Positions 27,213 to 36,326 of a stretch of 54,142 nt of DNA are shown one piece after another. Position 1 is the stretch's first letter, and every line of letters starts with the position of its first letter. Source of the DNA: a virus (Duplodnaviria; Caudoviricetes). The notes under the pieces are model-generated. The model did no database searches. It saw only the letters and a program-made list of their open reading frames with translations, and was not told the DNA's origin. The DNA is taken from positions 1-54,142 of the IMG/VR virus record IMGVR_UViG_3300022936_000002, one strand, 5' to 3'. Both the position numbers and the translations under genes were made by a program.

Positions 27213-27593
27213 TTAGTTCCTCAACTCTCCCATCAGCGCCGCCGTCGGCAGGATCGCTTTCGTGGGTTCCTTGTAAAAGATCGCGGATGTGGTTTCGTCG
27301 TGCGTCTTTGCCCTGTTCGGGACGATCCTCGGTGCCGGTTCGCGGTAGAAGTATCGCTCCGGTATCTTTAGTTCGGGTATGATCCGGTCGGATAGCCACC
27401 TTAAAGCGGTGTAGGTCCATTCAATGCGCGTTTTCTTGCCCAGTGCTCTATGTATGTCGCCTATTGTCATTGAAGGCTTGCTGCGCTTGATTATGGTCTC
27501 TATCAGCTTGGCGTAGGCTTTGAAGTCCTTACGCTCGAAGATTGTTTCTGATATTTCTAGGTCGTGGTTCATTTTGTTGGGTATGTGTCCCAT
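27213..27593 (-). CDS. Hypothetical protein
   Basis: ATG at 27593 with GGAG RBS. Confidence 0.55.
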   Translation of the reverse strand: MGHIPNKMNHDLEISETIFERKDFKAYAKLIETIIKRSKPSMTIGDIHRALGKKTRIEWTYTALRWLSDRIIPELKIPERYFYREPAPRIVPNRAKTHDETTSAIFYKEPTKAILPTAALMGELRN

Positions 27594-27614
27594 AATTCTG
27601 TTTCTCCAAAGGGT

Positions 27615-27685
27615 GATGTCTGAGCTTGATCTACCGCTCGTCCGTCTCGCTAGACTTGGCGGATTTGGGCGTCTCAACGCCCTCC
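27615..27685 (+). repeat. Dispersed ~70-bp element (left of YopX gene)
   Basis: GATGTCTGAGCTTG..GGGCG-TCTCAA-CGCCC-TCC. Confidence 0.7.
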
Positions 27686-28116
27686 ACGGCGAGTAGTTCG
27701 GGGTTCGCAAAAATATTCCCCAATACTGTTGTGCCGGTCTGGTCGATCCAGTCCTGAGTTAGCCCACCTTGTAGCCCCTGCAGCCGATTTGCTGTACTGT
27801 CCGCCCAACGGAGCGCATACGACCCCCATTTGTCGTTCCATTCGACAATGCGAACATATTCGCGAGTACCGAGAATATCGCCCTCGTAGATCTCCACGCC
27901 GTTCTTGTCTATGATCCCCGTGAACTGCGTAATTTTGAATTGTTGAGCGAAATAAGGGTTCTGCGTCCAATCGATTTCGCCGCCTATAGGCTGTAAATCG
28001 GACGTAAACAATATCCAGTCATTACCCTCCCCGCCGCTCCTGATGAACTGGAACAGGTGGTGCATCACCTTTTTCCCCTCATCCCAACCTCTAAATTTTC
28101 TCAATATCTTTGTCAT
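27631..28116 (-). CDS. YopX-family protein
   Basis: KFRGWD..QFTGIIDKNGVEIYEGDIL..VLGNIFANPELL. Confidence 0.9.
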   Translation of the reverse strand: MTKILRKFRGWDEGKKVMHHLFQFIRSGGEGNDWILFTSDLQPIGGEIDWTQNPYFAQQFKITQFTGIIDKNGVEIYEGDILGTREYVRIVEWNDKWGSYALRWADSTANRLQGLQGGLTQDWIDQTGTTVLGNIFANPELLAVEGVETPKSAKSSETDER

Positions 28117-28130
28117 AACTTTTCTCCTAA

Positions 28131-28201
28131 GTAGAGCGGCTTGAAAGCCGCCCATCCGAACGATTAGCGGTCGAGGTGGATATGTCGATCGCTCTTGGAT
28201 G
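28131..28201 (-). repeat. Dispersed ~70-bp element (right of YopX gene)
   Basis: CATCCAAGAGC..GCGGC-TTTCAA-GCCGC-TCTAC. Confidence 0.7.
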
Positions 28202-28206
28202 CCCCT

Positions 28207-28485
28207 TTATCCGTCAGCTTCCGCTATCGCATAATCAGACAAATGCTTACACCGTTCGCACCCCTCCCCGGCTATACAGGGGGAAGATTCGGCGTGAGCG
28301 TTGATTGCTTGGGCTATGAATTGACCGATGTTATCAATCTCGGATTCAGGCGGTGAATCGTTGTTATAAACAAGGCTCGCTATCGATACCCCGTCTGCGG
28401 TTACGATGTACCCGAACTGATCGTCAAATCGTACCGGGTACTCTAAATCGGGTCGTTTCAGCCCGTCCCCTTTCTCGCTGTTCAT
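28207..28485 (-). CDS. Hypothetical protein
   Basis: AGGAG RBS; shares CERCKHL with the next gene. Confidence 0.6.
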   Translation of the reverse strand: MNSEKGDGLKRPDLEYPVRFDDQFGYIVTADGVSIASLVYNNDSPPESEIDNIGQFIAQAINAHAESSPCIAGEGCERCKHLSDYAIAEADG

Positions 28486-28509
28486 AAAAAATAATCTCCT
28501 TTTTCCTGT

Positions 28510-28579
28510 CATTTCAGAGCGGGTCAATCGCTAATCTCGGTGCGCCACGGTTCGGGTGGGCCGATCTCAATCGGCTCCC
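28510..28579 (+). repeat. Dispersed ~70-bp element
   Basis: CATTTCAGAGC..GCCGA-TCTCAA-TCGGC-TCCC. Confidence 0.75.
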
Positions 28580-28585
28580 GTGCGG

Positions 28586-28936
28586 TTAAAACGGTGTCTT
28601 CTGTGCGTCTCGGAGTTCGTCATCGTCCAGATGTTTGCATCTTTCACAGTTCTCGGCGTTCAGCTTCGCGACGACGAGATTGCACCATTGCTCCTGCGTA
28701 TCGATCGCCTGTTCGTCTGGAACTTTCGAAGAGGTTAGCGCTCCCCACCCGCGCACTTGGAATAACATCTTTCCGTCGGCATCGTGAATCGTCTGTCCGT
28801 CCGTAGAAACCGGCAAAACTATTTCGAGCACCCTTTGACGCCAGCTTACGCACGTATCGTTCGGCTCCGGTGCGTCAGTTTTAATCTCCATCATTCTCGG
28901 CTTCGTGCCTGCTACTGCTAGTTTTTTACTCATCAT
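28586..28936 (-). CDS. Hypothetical protein
   Basis: AGGAG RBS; QVRGWG motif; CERCKHL. Confidence 0.6.
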   Translation of the reverse strand: MMSKKLAVAGTKPRMMEIKTDAPEPNDTCVSWRQRVLEIVLPVSTDGQTIHDADGKMLFQVRGWGALTSSKVPDEQAIDTQEQWCNLVVAKLNAENCERCKHLDDDELRDAQKTPF

Positions 28937-28946
28937 TTCTCTCCTG

Positions 28947-29011
28947 TTGGCGGCTCCCCAGAGCCGGAATCCGATACTCGTCCTACGACCGCGCTTCGCG
29001 GCTCCTCATTT
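28947..29011 (-). repeat. Dispersed ~65-bp element
   Basis: AAATGAGGAGC..CGGCTC-TGGG-GAGCCG. Confidence 0.55.
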
Positions 29012-29746
29012 CCCTAAATCTTCCGTTTTCTGCTCCTCCACTCCTACTAGGTGGCGGGCGAGATTTAGCGGCACGTTTAAGGGCGTCTCTGCTAGATACA
29101 CGTCTACGCTATCTGAATACCAATGTCCTATACCTCTTTCATCCACGATCCGCCATCCGTTTCGCTCAGGGCGGCCTAACCGAATGCCTTCAACTCCGTC
29201 CTTGTCTTTCATCAGAAGCCACCGCAGACTGTGGTTTTCACGATTGATCGGCAACCACTTCGCTTCTTTCACCCGTTCCTCGGCTAGGGCAAGGGCTTGG
29301 CGGAGGCGGGCGGTTTCGGCGAGTAACTTTGGAATGTCATCGAGACTTGCGCCGATGACTAGATCGGGGTCGTGGTCGGGACGCGCGGGAATTGACATTT
29401 CCCACTCACGCGATTCTTTGCTACCTTTTCGAGCGCATAAGGCCGTCACCAATTTGCACGCATTTTCGTAGCGGCGGATAACGTCTTTGCTCTTGACCGT
29501 TTCGGGCTCACGGGCAGGACAGACCGATTGATTCCAAGCCTTTATCGAGAGAATATCGGCTATGTAGCCGCCTACCTCAAATTCGCAGTCGTGGCATTTC
29601 ACGAACCACTGCCCCATTCTGTCCACGCGGTTATCATCTCGTCGCCGATATACCTCGACGTTCTGGCTTCCACATTTGCAATCCGCCATTACGGGCGCCT
29701 CCCCCGCGTCCGCTACGGTGTGTGTGCTAGTTGTTTCGTTGGTCAT
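29006..29746 (-). CDS. Mosaic hypothetical protein with Lar-like Zn domain
   Basis: CKCGS..WFVKCHDC..KAWN. Confidence 0.55.
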   Translation of the reverse strand: MTNETTSTHTVADAGEAPVMADCKCGSQNVEVYRRRDDNRVDRMGQWFVKCHDCEFEVGGYIADILSIKAWNQSVCPAREPETVKSKDVIRRYENACKLVTALCARKGSKESREWEMSIPARPDHDPDLVIGASLDDIPKLLAETARLRQALALAEERVKEAKWLPINRENHSLRWLLMKDKDGVEGIRLGRPERNGWRIVDERGIGHWYSDSVDVYLAETPLNVPLNLARHLVGVEEQKTEDLGK

Positions 29747-30006
29747 AATTTTGTGCCTCCGTCTTTCCAGTCGATTTGATCTGGCTGAATATCCGCGCAT
29801 TCGTCGCAGACCCACGTCACTTCATCGTCTATTTTCGTTCTTTCGGCAATTTCGCCGTTCGTTATAAAACAACCGCAAAGCTGGCATTCGTTATCCCATC
29901 TACTGCCCGTCGGTTCGTGCTTTTGAATCGTCGTATGCGTCTGCGTTTCGATTTGTTCGCTCATTTTTTGTATTAAGTACTCCTCCCGAAAAACGGGGTT
30001 TAGGAT

Positions 30007-30076
30007 TATGCCGGAGCGGATCAACCGCTAGGGGCGGGGGCTTAGGTCCGGATGGGCGGTCTGGTGACCGCTCCCC
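30007..30076 (+). repeat. Dispersed ~70-bp element
   Basis: TATGCCGGAGC..GCGGTC-TGGT-GACCGC-TCCCC. Confidence 0.7.
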
Positions 30077-30297
30077 TTGTTACCGCGCAGCGCCTGAGCA
30101 ACAAGCAATTTCACGAGTTCCTGTATCGCCTGTTCCTCGGTTTCGCAGTTATTGACCATCAGCCCTGCATCTGCCATTTCGTCGAAACTTTGCGTCGCGT
30201 TCCCATCCGGGCAGGGATAAGCGAACCATCCGCCCTCGTCGGAACAACAATTTGTGTGAATGTATTTTTCGTATTTCGATAATCTAAACTTGCTCAT
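30028..30297 (-). CDS. Hypothetical protein
   Basis: GGGAG RBS; lies between an inverted pair of elements. Confidence 0.55.
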   Translation of the reverse strand: MSKFRLSKYEKYIHTNCCSDEGGWFAYPCPDGNATQSFDEMADAGLMVNNCETEEQAIQELVKLLVAQALRGNKGSGHQTAHPDLSPRP

Positions 30298-30308
30298 TTC
30301 CGTCTCCC

Positions 30309-30377
30309 GTAGACGCCCTTGAGAGGGCGCATCTGCTTACTCGTCGTCCGTCGTAGGCTGGCTCAAGCTCTGAAATG
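30309..30377 (-). repeat. Dispersed ~70-bp element
   Basis: CATTTCAGAGCTTGAGC..ACGGACGACGAG..CGCCC-TCTCAA-GGGCG-TCTAC; first 17 nt identical to 48108-48124. Confidence 0.8.
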
Positions 30378-30896
30378 ACCTGAAACCGCGCTCGCCTTCC
30401 TTGTCTCTGGGGTGGAGAAGGGCACGGGCACTGTAGAATCTTTCAGGTAAAGCGGATGCCACGGCTCTTTCGATCCCATTTTCAGCATGTGAACATCGAG
30501 GCCGGTTAATATCTCCCGTACCTGTTTCGACCGCTCCAAGTGCGTACCGTGCTGACTCCACGCCGCTACGACCAGGGCCGCGTTATGAGCGATATTGTGA
30601 ATGTAGTAGTCGTTGCTTTCGCCGATCGGCTCCGCCTGCCGTTTCATCTCTTTTGGATCCGTGGCGCGGTAAGCGAAGATATTCGTTGCGCACATCGCGT
30701 CATATCCCCAGGCTTTGGCGAACTTGATGCACTTGCGCATCGTCGGGTCGTCGTTCGTCTCGTCCGCGGTCGAAGGATTGAGGCATATGAAATTCACGTA
30801 CCGGCCGCCGTCGGACCAGTTACGCCAAAGCGTGTAGCGGTATTTGCGGCAGGCCGAAAAGTCGGCGGTTCGCATTATCATTTGAGAAAGTGCCAT
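30363..30896 (-). CDS. DUF1643 domain protein
   Basis: YRYTLWR..LNPSTAD..DDPT..NIFAYRATDP..HPLY. Confidence 0.9.
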   Translation of the reverse strand: MALSQMIMRTADFSACRKYRYTLWRNWSDGGRYVNFICLNPSTADETNDDPTMRKCIKFAKAWGYDAMCATNIFAYRATDPKEMKRQAEPIGESNDYYIHNIAHNAALVVAAWSQHGTHLERSKQVREILTGLDVHMLKMGSKEPWHPLYLKDSTVPVPFSTPETRKASAVSGHFRA

Positions 30897-31132
30897 AAGT
30901 ATTTATCCAATCCTCTCTCGGTGAACGCGATCCTTAACTTCCGCATCGCTTTCGCCTCGATCTTCTTGATGTTGTTCTGGCTGCACCCGCAAGCATCGGC
31001 TATTTCCTGTTGCGTTCGCGTCTCCCCTCGAGGTGTCGCCAGGTGCAGCAGAAGCAGCCCCGCGTCTATGGACCCGTCCGTAAGGTCCGAGAACCCAGAA
31101 ATCGATATCGCCGATGTATCCCTGTCCTTCAT
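30878..31132 (-). CDS. Sigma-70 region-4-like HTH protein
   Basis: TQQEIADACGCSQNNIKKIEAKAMRKLR. Confidence 0.75.
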   Translation of the reverse strand: MKDRDTSAISISGFSDLTDGSIDAGLLLLHLATPRGETRTQQEIADACGCSQNNIKKIEAKAMRKLRIAFTERGLDKYLWHFLK

Positions 31133-31164
31133 AGGCTTTTTGCATTAATTCTCCGATGGCAGTT

Positions 31165-31929
31165 CTAGTAAGGGTTTTCATAAGCGTATTTCCACGCCCC
31201 GGTTAGAATCTTTTGCGCCCGGCGCCATACCTCGTTATCAGGATCGGAGAATAACTCACGGCCGACATCGTTTCTCGCTCGCACAAGGATCTCGGGTGCG
31301 GTCTCCGGTATCGAAAGGCGGTCTGGTTTCTTACTCACCGTCTGCTCGAGCGCGCGGAGAACTTCGGTCGGCTTTGGATCGTAACCGCCGTTTTTCTCGA
31401 TCCACCGCGCACGGGCTGCGTCATGTGCTTTCGGCCGGCAAAAGCGGCAAGGAAGTCTGATCAACTCGGACGGGTTTTTGAAGTTAACGATATCGACCTC
31501 TCCGTCGTCGGTGACGTGCTCGCCTTTCTTTTCGCAAAACTGTGTAGGATTCGCCTTGCGCTCTTCCTGGTCGGCCGCGGCCGCTCTCTCGCGATCTTCG
31601 GACCTGATCTTTTCCCACGCCGCTTTTATCTCGTAAGCGTTAACCGGGAAAACGCTTTCGTGCTCCGCAAAGGCGCGATCGAACGCGTCCTGCAGCCGGT
31701 GGGCCGGTATCAGCCCGAACAGCACCCGCGCCCAAATATCCGCACGCGCCGCCTTGTCCGCCAGCGAAGCGTTTTGGGAAGAGAGCGAGAAGGAATCACT
31801 CACGATTAACAACATTCTCTCTCTGAACTCGGTCTCGTTCTGCGATACTCGCTCTAAGCTGCTCGAGCTTCCGGTGCTCATCGATGACCTGCTCATCCCG
31901 TTGTTGGCGATAGTTATTGCTCTTTCCAT
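31165..31929 (-). CDS. Replication-associated protein (possible helicase loader)
   Basis: Overlaps 3' end of the initiator gene; PCRFC Zn motif. Confidence 0.5.
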   Translation of the reverse strand: MERAITIANNGMSRSSMSTGSSSSLERVSQNETEFRERMLLIVSDSFSLSSQNASLADKAARADIWARVLFGLIPAHRLQDAFDRAFAEHESVFPVNAYEIKAAWEKIRSEDRERAAAADQEERKANPTQFCEKKGEHVTDDGEVDIVNFKNPSELIRLPCRFCRPKAHDAARARWIEKNGGYDPKPTEVLRALEQTVSKKPDRLSIPETAPEILVRARNDVGRELFSDPDNEVWRRAQKILTGAWKYAYENPY

Positions 31930-32617
31930 TTGCGTTTCCGTTTTTCCTGTTTTTCAGCGTGCCGATTAAAAATTCGTCCGGGTTGACCGGGTTAGCGGCC
32001 TGGGTAGCGGCGATGCACTCGCCTAAAAGCTCGCGGCCGTACTCTTTCCCGAGCTTGCCGAGAAGCGACCGGGCGGAATGGTCCGCAATGCCCCCGGATT
32101 TGAGAAGGTCGAGCCCGTCCGTCCAGATTCGTCGAGAAACCGGATCGACCACTTTCGACGGTGCAGCCGTCTGCGTAGCAGGTTCTTCTCTTTTCTTGTT
32201 CTCTTCTCTAGTTCCCTTATCCTTATAGGCAGTCGAGTTTCCGACTGGGGAGTCGAGATCCTGACTCTGTATCCTGACTGCCGACTGTGCAGTCGAGTTT
32301 CCGACTTCCGACTGGGGGTTTTCAGCGCCCTTTTCGGCCTGTAACTGACCGATAATCTCCGCAAATGTTTTCAGGACGCGGATAGAAAAAGCGTACTTTT
32401 CTTCTATCCAACCTCTCAATTTGAGCTTCTGCCTGGCCTCACATACACCGCTGCGCGAGCGCCCGATCTTCTCGGCCACTTCTTCATCTGGACAGTGCCA
32501 GCGGCCGTTCTCGTTACCCGTAGAGGAGACGTAGTACAAAAACACGTCTTTCTCCGCCGGGGTGAGTTTCTCGGCGTTAGCAACCTTTATAAATTTGCGA
32601 AGTTCAATAAAATTCAT
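31796..32617 (-). CDS. Phage replication initiator (winged HTH)
   Basis: LTPAEK..EVAEKIGRSRSGVCEARQKLKLRGWI; repeated VGNSTA linker. Confidence 0.7.
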   Translation of the reverse strand: MNFIELRKFIKVANAEKLTPAEKDVFLYYVSSTGNENGRWHCPDEEVAEKIGRSRSGVCEARQKLKLRGWIEEKYAFSIRVLKTFAEIIGQLQAEKGAENPQSEVGNSTAQSAVRIQSQDLDSPVGNSTAYKDKGTREENKKREEPATQTAAPSKVVDPVSRRIWTDGLDLLKSGGIADHSARSLLGKLGKEYGRELLGECIAATQAANPVNPDEFLIGTLKNRKNGNANGKSNNYRQQRDEQVIDEHRKLEQLRASIAERDRVQRENVVNRE

Positions 32618-32622
32618 TGATT

Positions 32623-33297
32623 TTAGGAGATGTATTTCCCCTCTTCCGCGACGTAGTTTGCTGAAATATACTCGAGATCCTCTGCTGACAAATCGAACCA
32701 TTCGCCTCGAACCCGCTTGTCCGCATAAACTCGATGCAGCATCCGCTCTTTATGAGGAATATCGGGCCATACCCAGACGATTACGAAGTTGTTAGGTGTG
32801 GGTAAAAGAGTGTCCTGTTTGACGAGTTGCCGCAGTCTCGCCTCCGGGTCGTTGCTACGTCCGATTTTGTGGTAGCCGGTATCCTGGTCGCGGATAATAT
32901 AAATGTTCGTAAAGGCGGAGAGGCGGGCTTCGACAATCTGCCGCTCGCGAGCATTGAGCGGTACCTGGAGAAGCTGTTCGATCGCCCATTTCGAGTAAGG
33001 GAATCCCTGCTCCCCGATAACGGTTAACGCATAGTAGATTAAGATTAGCGTGTAAAACTCGTCGTAAGCCTTGTCGATAATAAGCAGATCGTCAGGCGAG
33101 CATCTCGTCACGGCCGCATCCAAGCCGATCCCCTCTATCCCGCCGGAAACGAGAGAATATACTGGCACAAAAAATATATGTTTTTCTCCACCCAACGCCT
33201 TCGGGTCCGGTATCGCGACATAGAACTCGAGTGCGGTGTCCGGGTTCGTGCCGCGGCCCGCGTGAAGTCTTCCGTTAAATAAGCTGTAATATTCCAT
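32623..33297 (-). CDS. GIY-YIG (T5orf172/Mug113-like) nuclease-domain protein
   Basis: IYII..HKIGRSNDPEARL..ERMLH..RVRGEWF. Confidence 0.85.
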   Translation of the reverse strand: MEYYSLFNGRLHAGRGTNPDTALEFYVAIPDPKALGGEKHIFFVPVYSLVSGGIEGIGLDAAVTRCSPDDLLIIDKAYDEFYTLILIYYALTVIGEQGFPYSKWAIEQLLQVPLNARERQIVEARLSAFTNIYIIRDQDTGYHKIGRSNDPEARLRQLVKQDTLLPTPNNFVIVWVWPDIPHKERMLHRVYADKRVRGEWFDLSAEDLEYISANYVAEEGKYIS

Positions 33298-33371
33298 TTC
33301 TCTTTATTCCTTGATCCCCCGACCCCATCCCCTGTTTTTATATTTCAGAGAAGGATTTGATTTACCGTCCT

Positions 33372-34472
33372 CTAACGTAAGCAGCCTTTTTCTATCATCC
33401 GGCTGACTATCGCTTCGATAACGCTTGCCGTGAACGCATTGCCGAGCATTTTGTATCTCTGGGTGTCGCTTATCTCTACCAGCCTCCCGTCGAACATCCC
33501 GTACTCCGTCCAGTTGTCGGGTAGCGCTTGTAACCGTTCGCACTCTATCGGCGTTAGCCGGCGGATGCTGCCGTCCTGCCGCGCCCTCGCGTTCAAGGTA
33601 GGTGATACATCGCTTTGCATTTCCCGAAAGCCCTCGCCGTCCTTATGCGTTCTCAAAGTGCCTACCCGGTAAAAATTATTCTTTGCTCCGCCGGTAGCCG
33701 CTAATCCTTCGGCGTCGTAAACCCTCGAACCCTGCTTACCTTCGGCTACCTGTAAAAGCGTCATTGAACTGTGCATCCCTCCGCTGTGTCCGCCTGCTGT
33801 AAGGCAATTAACTGCGGTTTGCTCTGACCTTTCAACAACCCTTGCATCGTCTTTTCCGACAGAAAGTATTTCTCGCTCACATCGCTCTGCAAGATGTCCG
33901 ATAAAGAACACTCGCTCCCTGTTTTGGGGAACCCCGTAGTCCTTTGAGTTAAGTAAAGGGACTTCCACGAAATAACCGAGGTCGGCGAGAACCCCAAGGA
34001 TTCGCTGCATAGTTTTTCCGCCGTCGTGACTGCGTAGGCCTCCAACATTTTCGAGTAGAAAATGTGGCGGTCTTTTGTGTGATAGAATCCGTGCGATCTC
34101 AAAAAACAAAGTGCCTCGGGCTTCATCAAATCCGCGTCGTTTTCCAGCAATTGAGAAAGCCTGGCAAGGAAATCCCGCGATGAGAAAGTCGAAGTCCGCG
34201 AGCTCGCCGGGAACAATCCGAGTTGCGTCGCCGAAGTTCCTGTGTCCGGGGAAGTGGCGGGAATAGACGGCTGATGCGTATTTGTCGATCTCGGCGAATC
34301 CAACACAATGAGCGTGTTGTGGTCGTAGGATGACTTGCTCATTGTCGGCGCTATTTTCGTGTCCAGAATTCCGCCCGGATTGTTGCCCCGCCCTCTCTGT
34401 AGTATTTGCATACGCATCTCCAATCCCTTGCTCTCCCGTGCCGCAACCGCTAAATATCGAAAAATATTTCAT
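33372..34472 (-). CDS. dcm: C5-cytosine DNA methyltransferase
   Basis: FSGCG, AGFPCQAFS, LLENV, PQNRERVF, RRLTPIECERLQ, LGNA. Confidence 0.93.
   Translation of the reverse strand: MKYFSIFSGCGTGEQGIGDAYANTTERAGQQSGRNSGHENSADNEQVILRPQHAHCVGFAEIDKYASAVYSRHFPGHRNFGDATRIVPGELADFDFLIAGFPCQAFSIAGKRRGFDEARGTLFFEIARILSHKRPPHFLLENVGGLRSHDGGKTMQRILGVLADLGYFVEVPLLNSKDYGVPQNRERVFFIGHLAERCEREILSVGKDDARVVERSEQTAVNCLTAGGHSGGMHSSMTLLQVAEGKQGSRVYDAEGLAATGGAKNNFYRVGTLRTHKDGEGFREMQSDVSPTLNARARQDGSIRRLTPIECERLQALPDNWTEYGMFDGRLVEISDTQRYKMLGNAFTASVIEAIVSRMIEKGCLR
33761..34423 (-). CDS. Alternative-frame ORF nested in dcm (M.EcoHK31I beta-like)
   Basis: 220 open codons in another frame of the same strand; ends in CSLSDILQSDVSEKYFLSEK. 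Confidence 0.55.
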   Translation of the reverse strand: MEMRMQILQRGRGNNPGGILDTKIAPTMSKSSYDHNTLIVLDSPRSTNTHQPSIPATSPDTGTSATQLGLFPASSRTSTFSSRDFLARLSQLLENDADLMKPEALCFLRSHGFYHTKDRHIFYSKMLEAYAVTTAEKLCSESLGFSPTSVISWKSLYLTQRTTGFPKTGSECSLSDILQSDVSEKYFLSEKTMQGLLKGQSKPQLIALQQADTAEGCTVQ

Positions 34473-34486
34473 CGAATTTTAAAAAC

Positions 34487-34652
34487 GAAAAAGCCCTCGT
34501 AGCTTTCACCGTGTGACATTTTGCTTAGGAACGTCAGAAACGAGAATAGCTACGAGAGCCTTTTGTATTAGACCTGATTGAAAATAACCAGTCAAACGAT
34601 GCGCACTCCGCGCCCGTTTCTGATCCGTTCCTAAGCAGTTCCAATTATAGCA
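34487..34652 (-). promoter_or_regulatory. Promoter plus structured attenuator-like leader upstream of dcm
   Basis: TGcTATAAT at 34652-34644; 34615-34637 complementary to 34522-34542; stem 34496-34504/34548-34556 followed by a U-tract. Confidence 0.6.
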
Positions 34653-34720
34653 AATTCCAGTCATTTTTCCTAACCTTTTTTCACGTTTCGCCCTGTAAAA
34701 TGCAGGGTTTTTCTCACTTT

Positions 34721-35104
34721 TTAACGCTCCGCCAGCATCTTAAAAACCGTGTTCGATTTGACCTGCGCTTTCATCTCCCGGTGATGGATTAAAAGGCGGT
34801 CTTTTTGCGCCTGAGACAGCCCGTAACCTTCCGGGTCGGTGGCGATCTTGTACGCTTCATCTTCCGTCCGGGCGATCCCGCAGTAGCCGGGGAACTCGCC
34901 TAAAAACTTCATCTGCGTTTTTTCTATATGCGAATGCCTTCCTTCGGCTTTGATCTCGATAAAGACCGTTCGTCCTTTGTGATGGGTGACGATATCTGTT
35001 ACGCCGCCGCCGCTTGTCGCCAGATCCAGAACGTACACGCCGCGCTGTTGAAGCGCCTTGGCGATCTCGACGTGATTTTTATCTCTGCGAATGTATTTCC
35101 TCAT
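34721..35104 (-). CDS. VRR-NUC/PD-(D/E)xK nuclease (resolvase-like)
   Basis: RRDKNHVEI..GGVTDIV..FIEIK. Confidence 0.8.
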   Translation of the reverse strand: MRKYIRRDKNHVEIAKALQQRGVYVLDLATSGGGVTDIVTHHKGRTVFIEIKAEGRHSHIEKTQMKFLGEFPGYCGIARTEDEAYKIATDPEGYGLSQAQKDRLLIHHREMKAQVKSNTVFKMLAER

Positions 35105-35391
35105 TTACAGTTCTCTTCCAGCTCCTTCCACAGTGACGGGATATCGAAACAGATCGGCTCACCGTCTTGCGTTGCTACATGGTCCGCACGTCCGAAGTCC
35201 TTTTCGAACGCATACCACGAAATCCAGTCGTAGCCTTCCGTGCTGTAGATCGCCTTGAACAGCTCGTTGATAATGCCGTGAAAATCATCGGTGAAATTCG
35301 AGAGGTCGATGCCGAGCTTATACGCGGCTGACTGTCGCTCCTGAAGTTTCTCCAGGGTGTTGATGATCTCTGTGAATTTCTCTAATTCCAT
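35101..35391 (-). CDS. Hypothetical protein
   Basis: DWISWYAFEKDFG motif seen in phage hypotheticals. Confidence 0.65.
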   Translation of the reverse strand: MELEKFTEIINTLEKLQERQSAAYKLGIDLSNFTDDFHGIINELFKAIYSTEGYDWISWYAFEKDFGRADHVATQDGEPICFDIPSLWKELEENCK

Positions 35392-35396
35392 GACAT

Positions 35397-35465
35397 TGGG
35401 ACGGCCCTAGCCGTCGAACTGGAGCGACGAGCGATCGTGATAAGCGAGGCTCAAGCTCCTGGATT
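35397..35465 (-). repeat. Dispersed ~70-bp element
   Basis: AATCCAGGAGCTTGAGC..GACGGC-TAGG-GCCGTC-CC. Confidence 0.7.
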
Positions 35466-36255
35466 AATTCTTTTTGTAAAGGTTGAGAAAAAATACCGCC
35501 ACTATCCCTAGTAGTAATCCGAATGTGTGTTTGTTCATTTGATCCTCAAGACTTTGAAAATAAAGAAAATTACTCTCTGCATATTGCTTGGTAAGTAGTG
35601 CTTCATACCGATTCGATCTCCATCCTTCGTTTAGCGGCGTATTCTCGCCAATATCTTGTCCGTCCGGTTTCCGTTGCTCGTTTAGCCGCCTTCTTTTTCT
35701 CCGCCGCGATCTTGCGCTTCTGGTTGTAGTTCGGCTTCGTATTCCACCGAAACAGGCAATGCAGCGACTGTTCGTCACAGACCTTCAAGATGCACTGGGT
35801 ACAAATTAGGTCGAGTTGATCATTCTTCATCGTCATTACCGAGTGCGGCCTTCAGCGATTCGATTTGAGTCCGCTTTTTATCTGCTTCTTCCTCAAGCGC
35901 GAATATCTTGTCCTCGATGTGTTCCACGTCGCCTTCAAGACGCTCTATGCGCGATTCCAAGGTTTTCTTAACCAGCCGTTCTTTCGCCTGAATGTAGTCG
36001 TCAAGGCTCGTAAACGTCGGTCGGTATGTGACGGAATGTCTGCAACCAGTCCCGACAGATCACTACTAAAGACGGTCGGATACGTGTTCTGGATATGTTG
36101 TGCTACTGCCTTCTGTGCAAAGTTCATCTCGTTTCTCCGCAGCCTTAAGCTGCCCTTTTAGCGTGCCGTAAAGACCGATCTGGACCACTGCCGCGCCCTT
36201 TACTTCTTCGAGCTGTTCCTTAATATCGAGAGTGGTCATAGAATCCGGTTTAGGT

Positions 36256-36326
36256 TCATTAAGAGCTTGTTTCATCGCCCGCCTGTATCGACGAGTTTTG
36301 GATGGGCGGCTCTCAAGCCGCTCTAC
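36256..36326 (+). repeat. Dispersed ~70-bp element
   Basis: TCATTAAGAGCTTG..GGATGG-GCGGC-TCTCAA-GCCGC-TCTAC; 3' 27 nt differ at one base from the 28131-28201 copy. Confidence 0.75.

Noticed and set aside
33341-33405. Possible degenerate + copy of the element (TATTTCAGAGA..TAAGCAG), and another near 36770-36842
   Set aside because: They lack GAGC or a clean hairpin, so they were not counted, although the first would restore alternation
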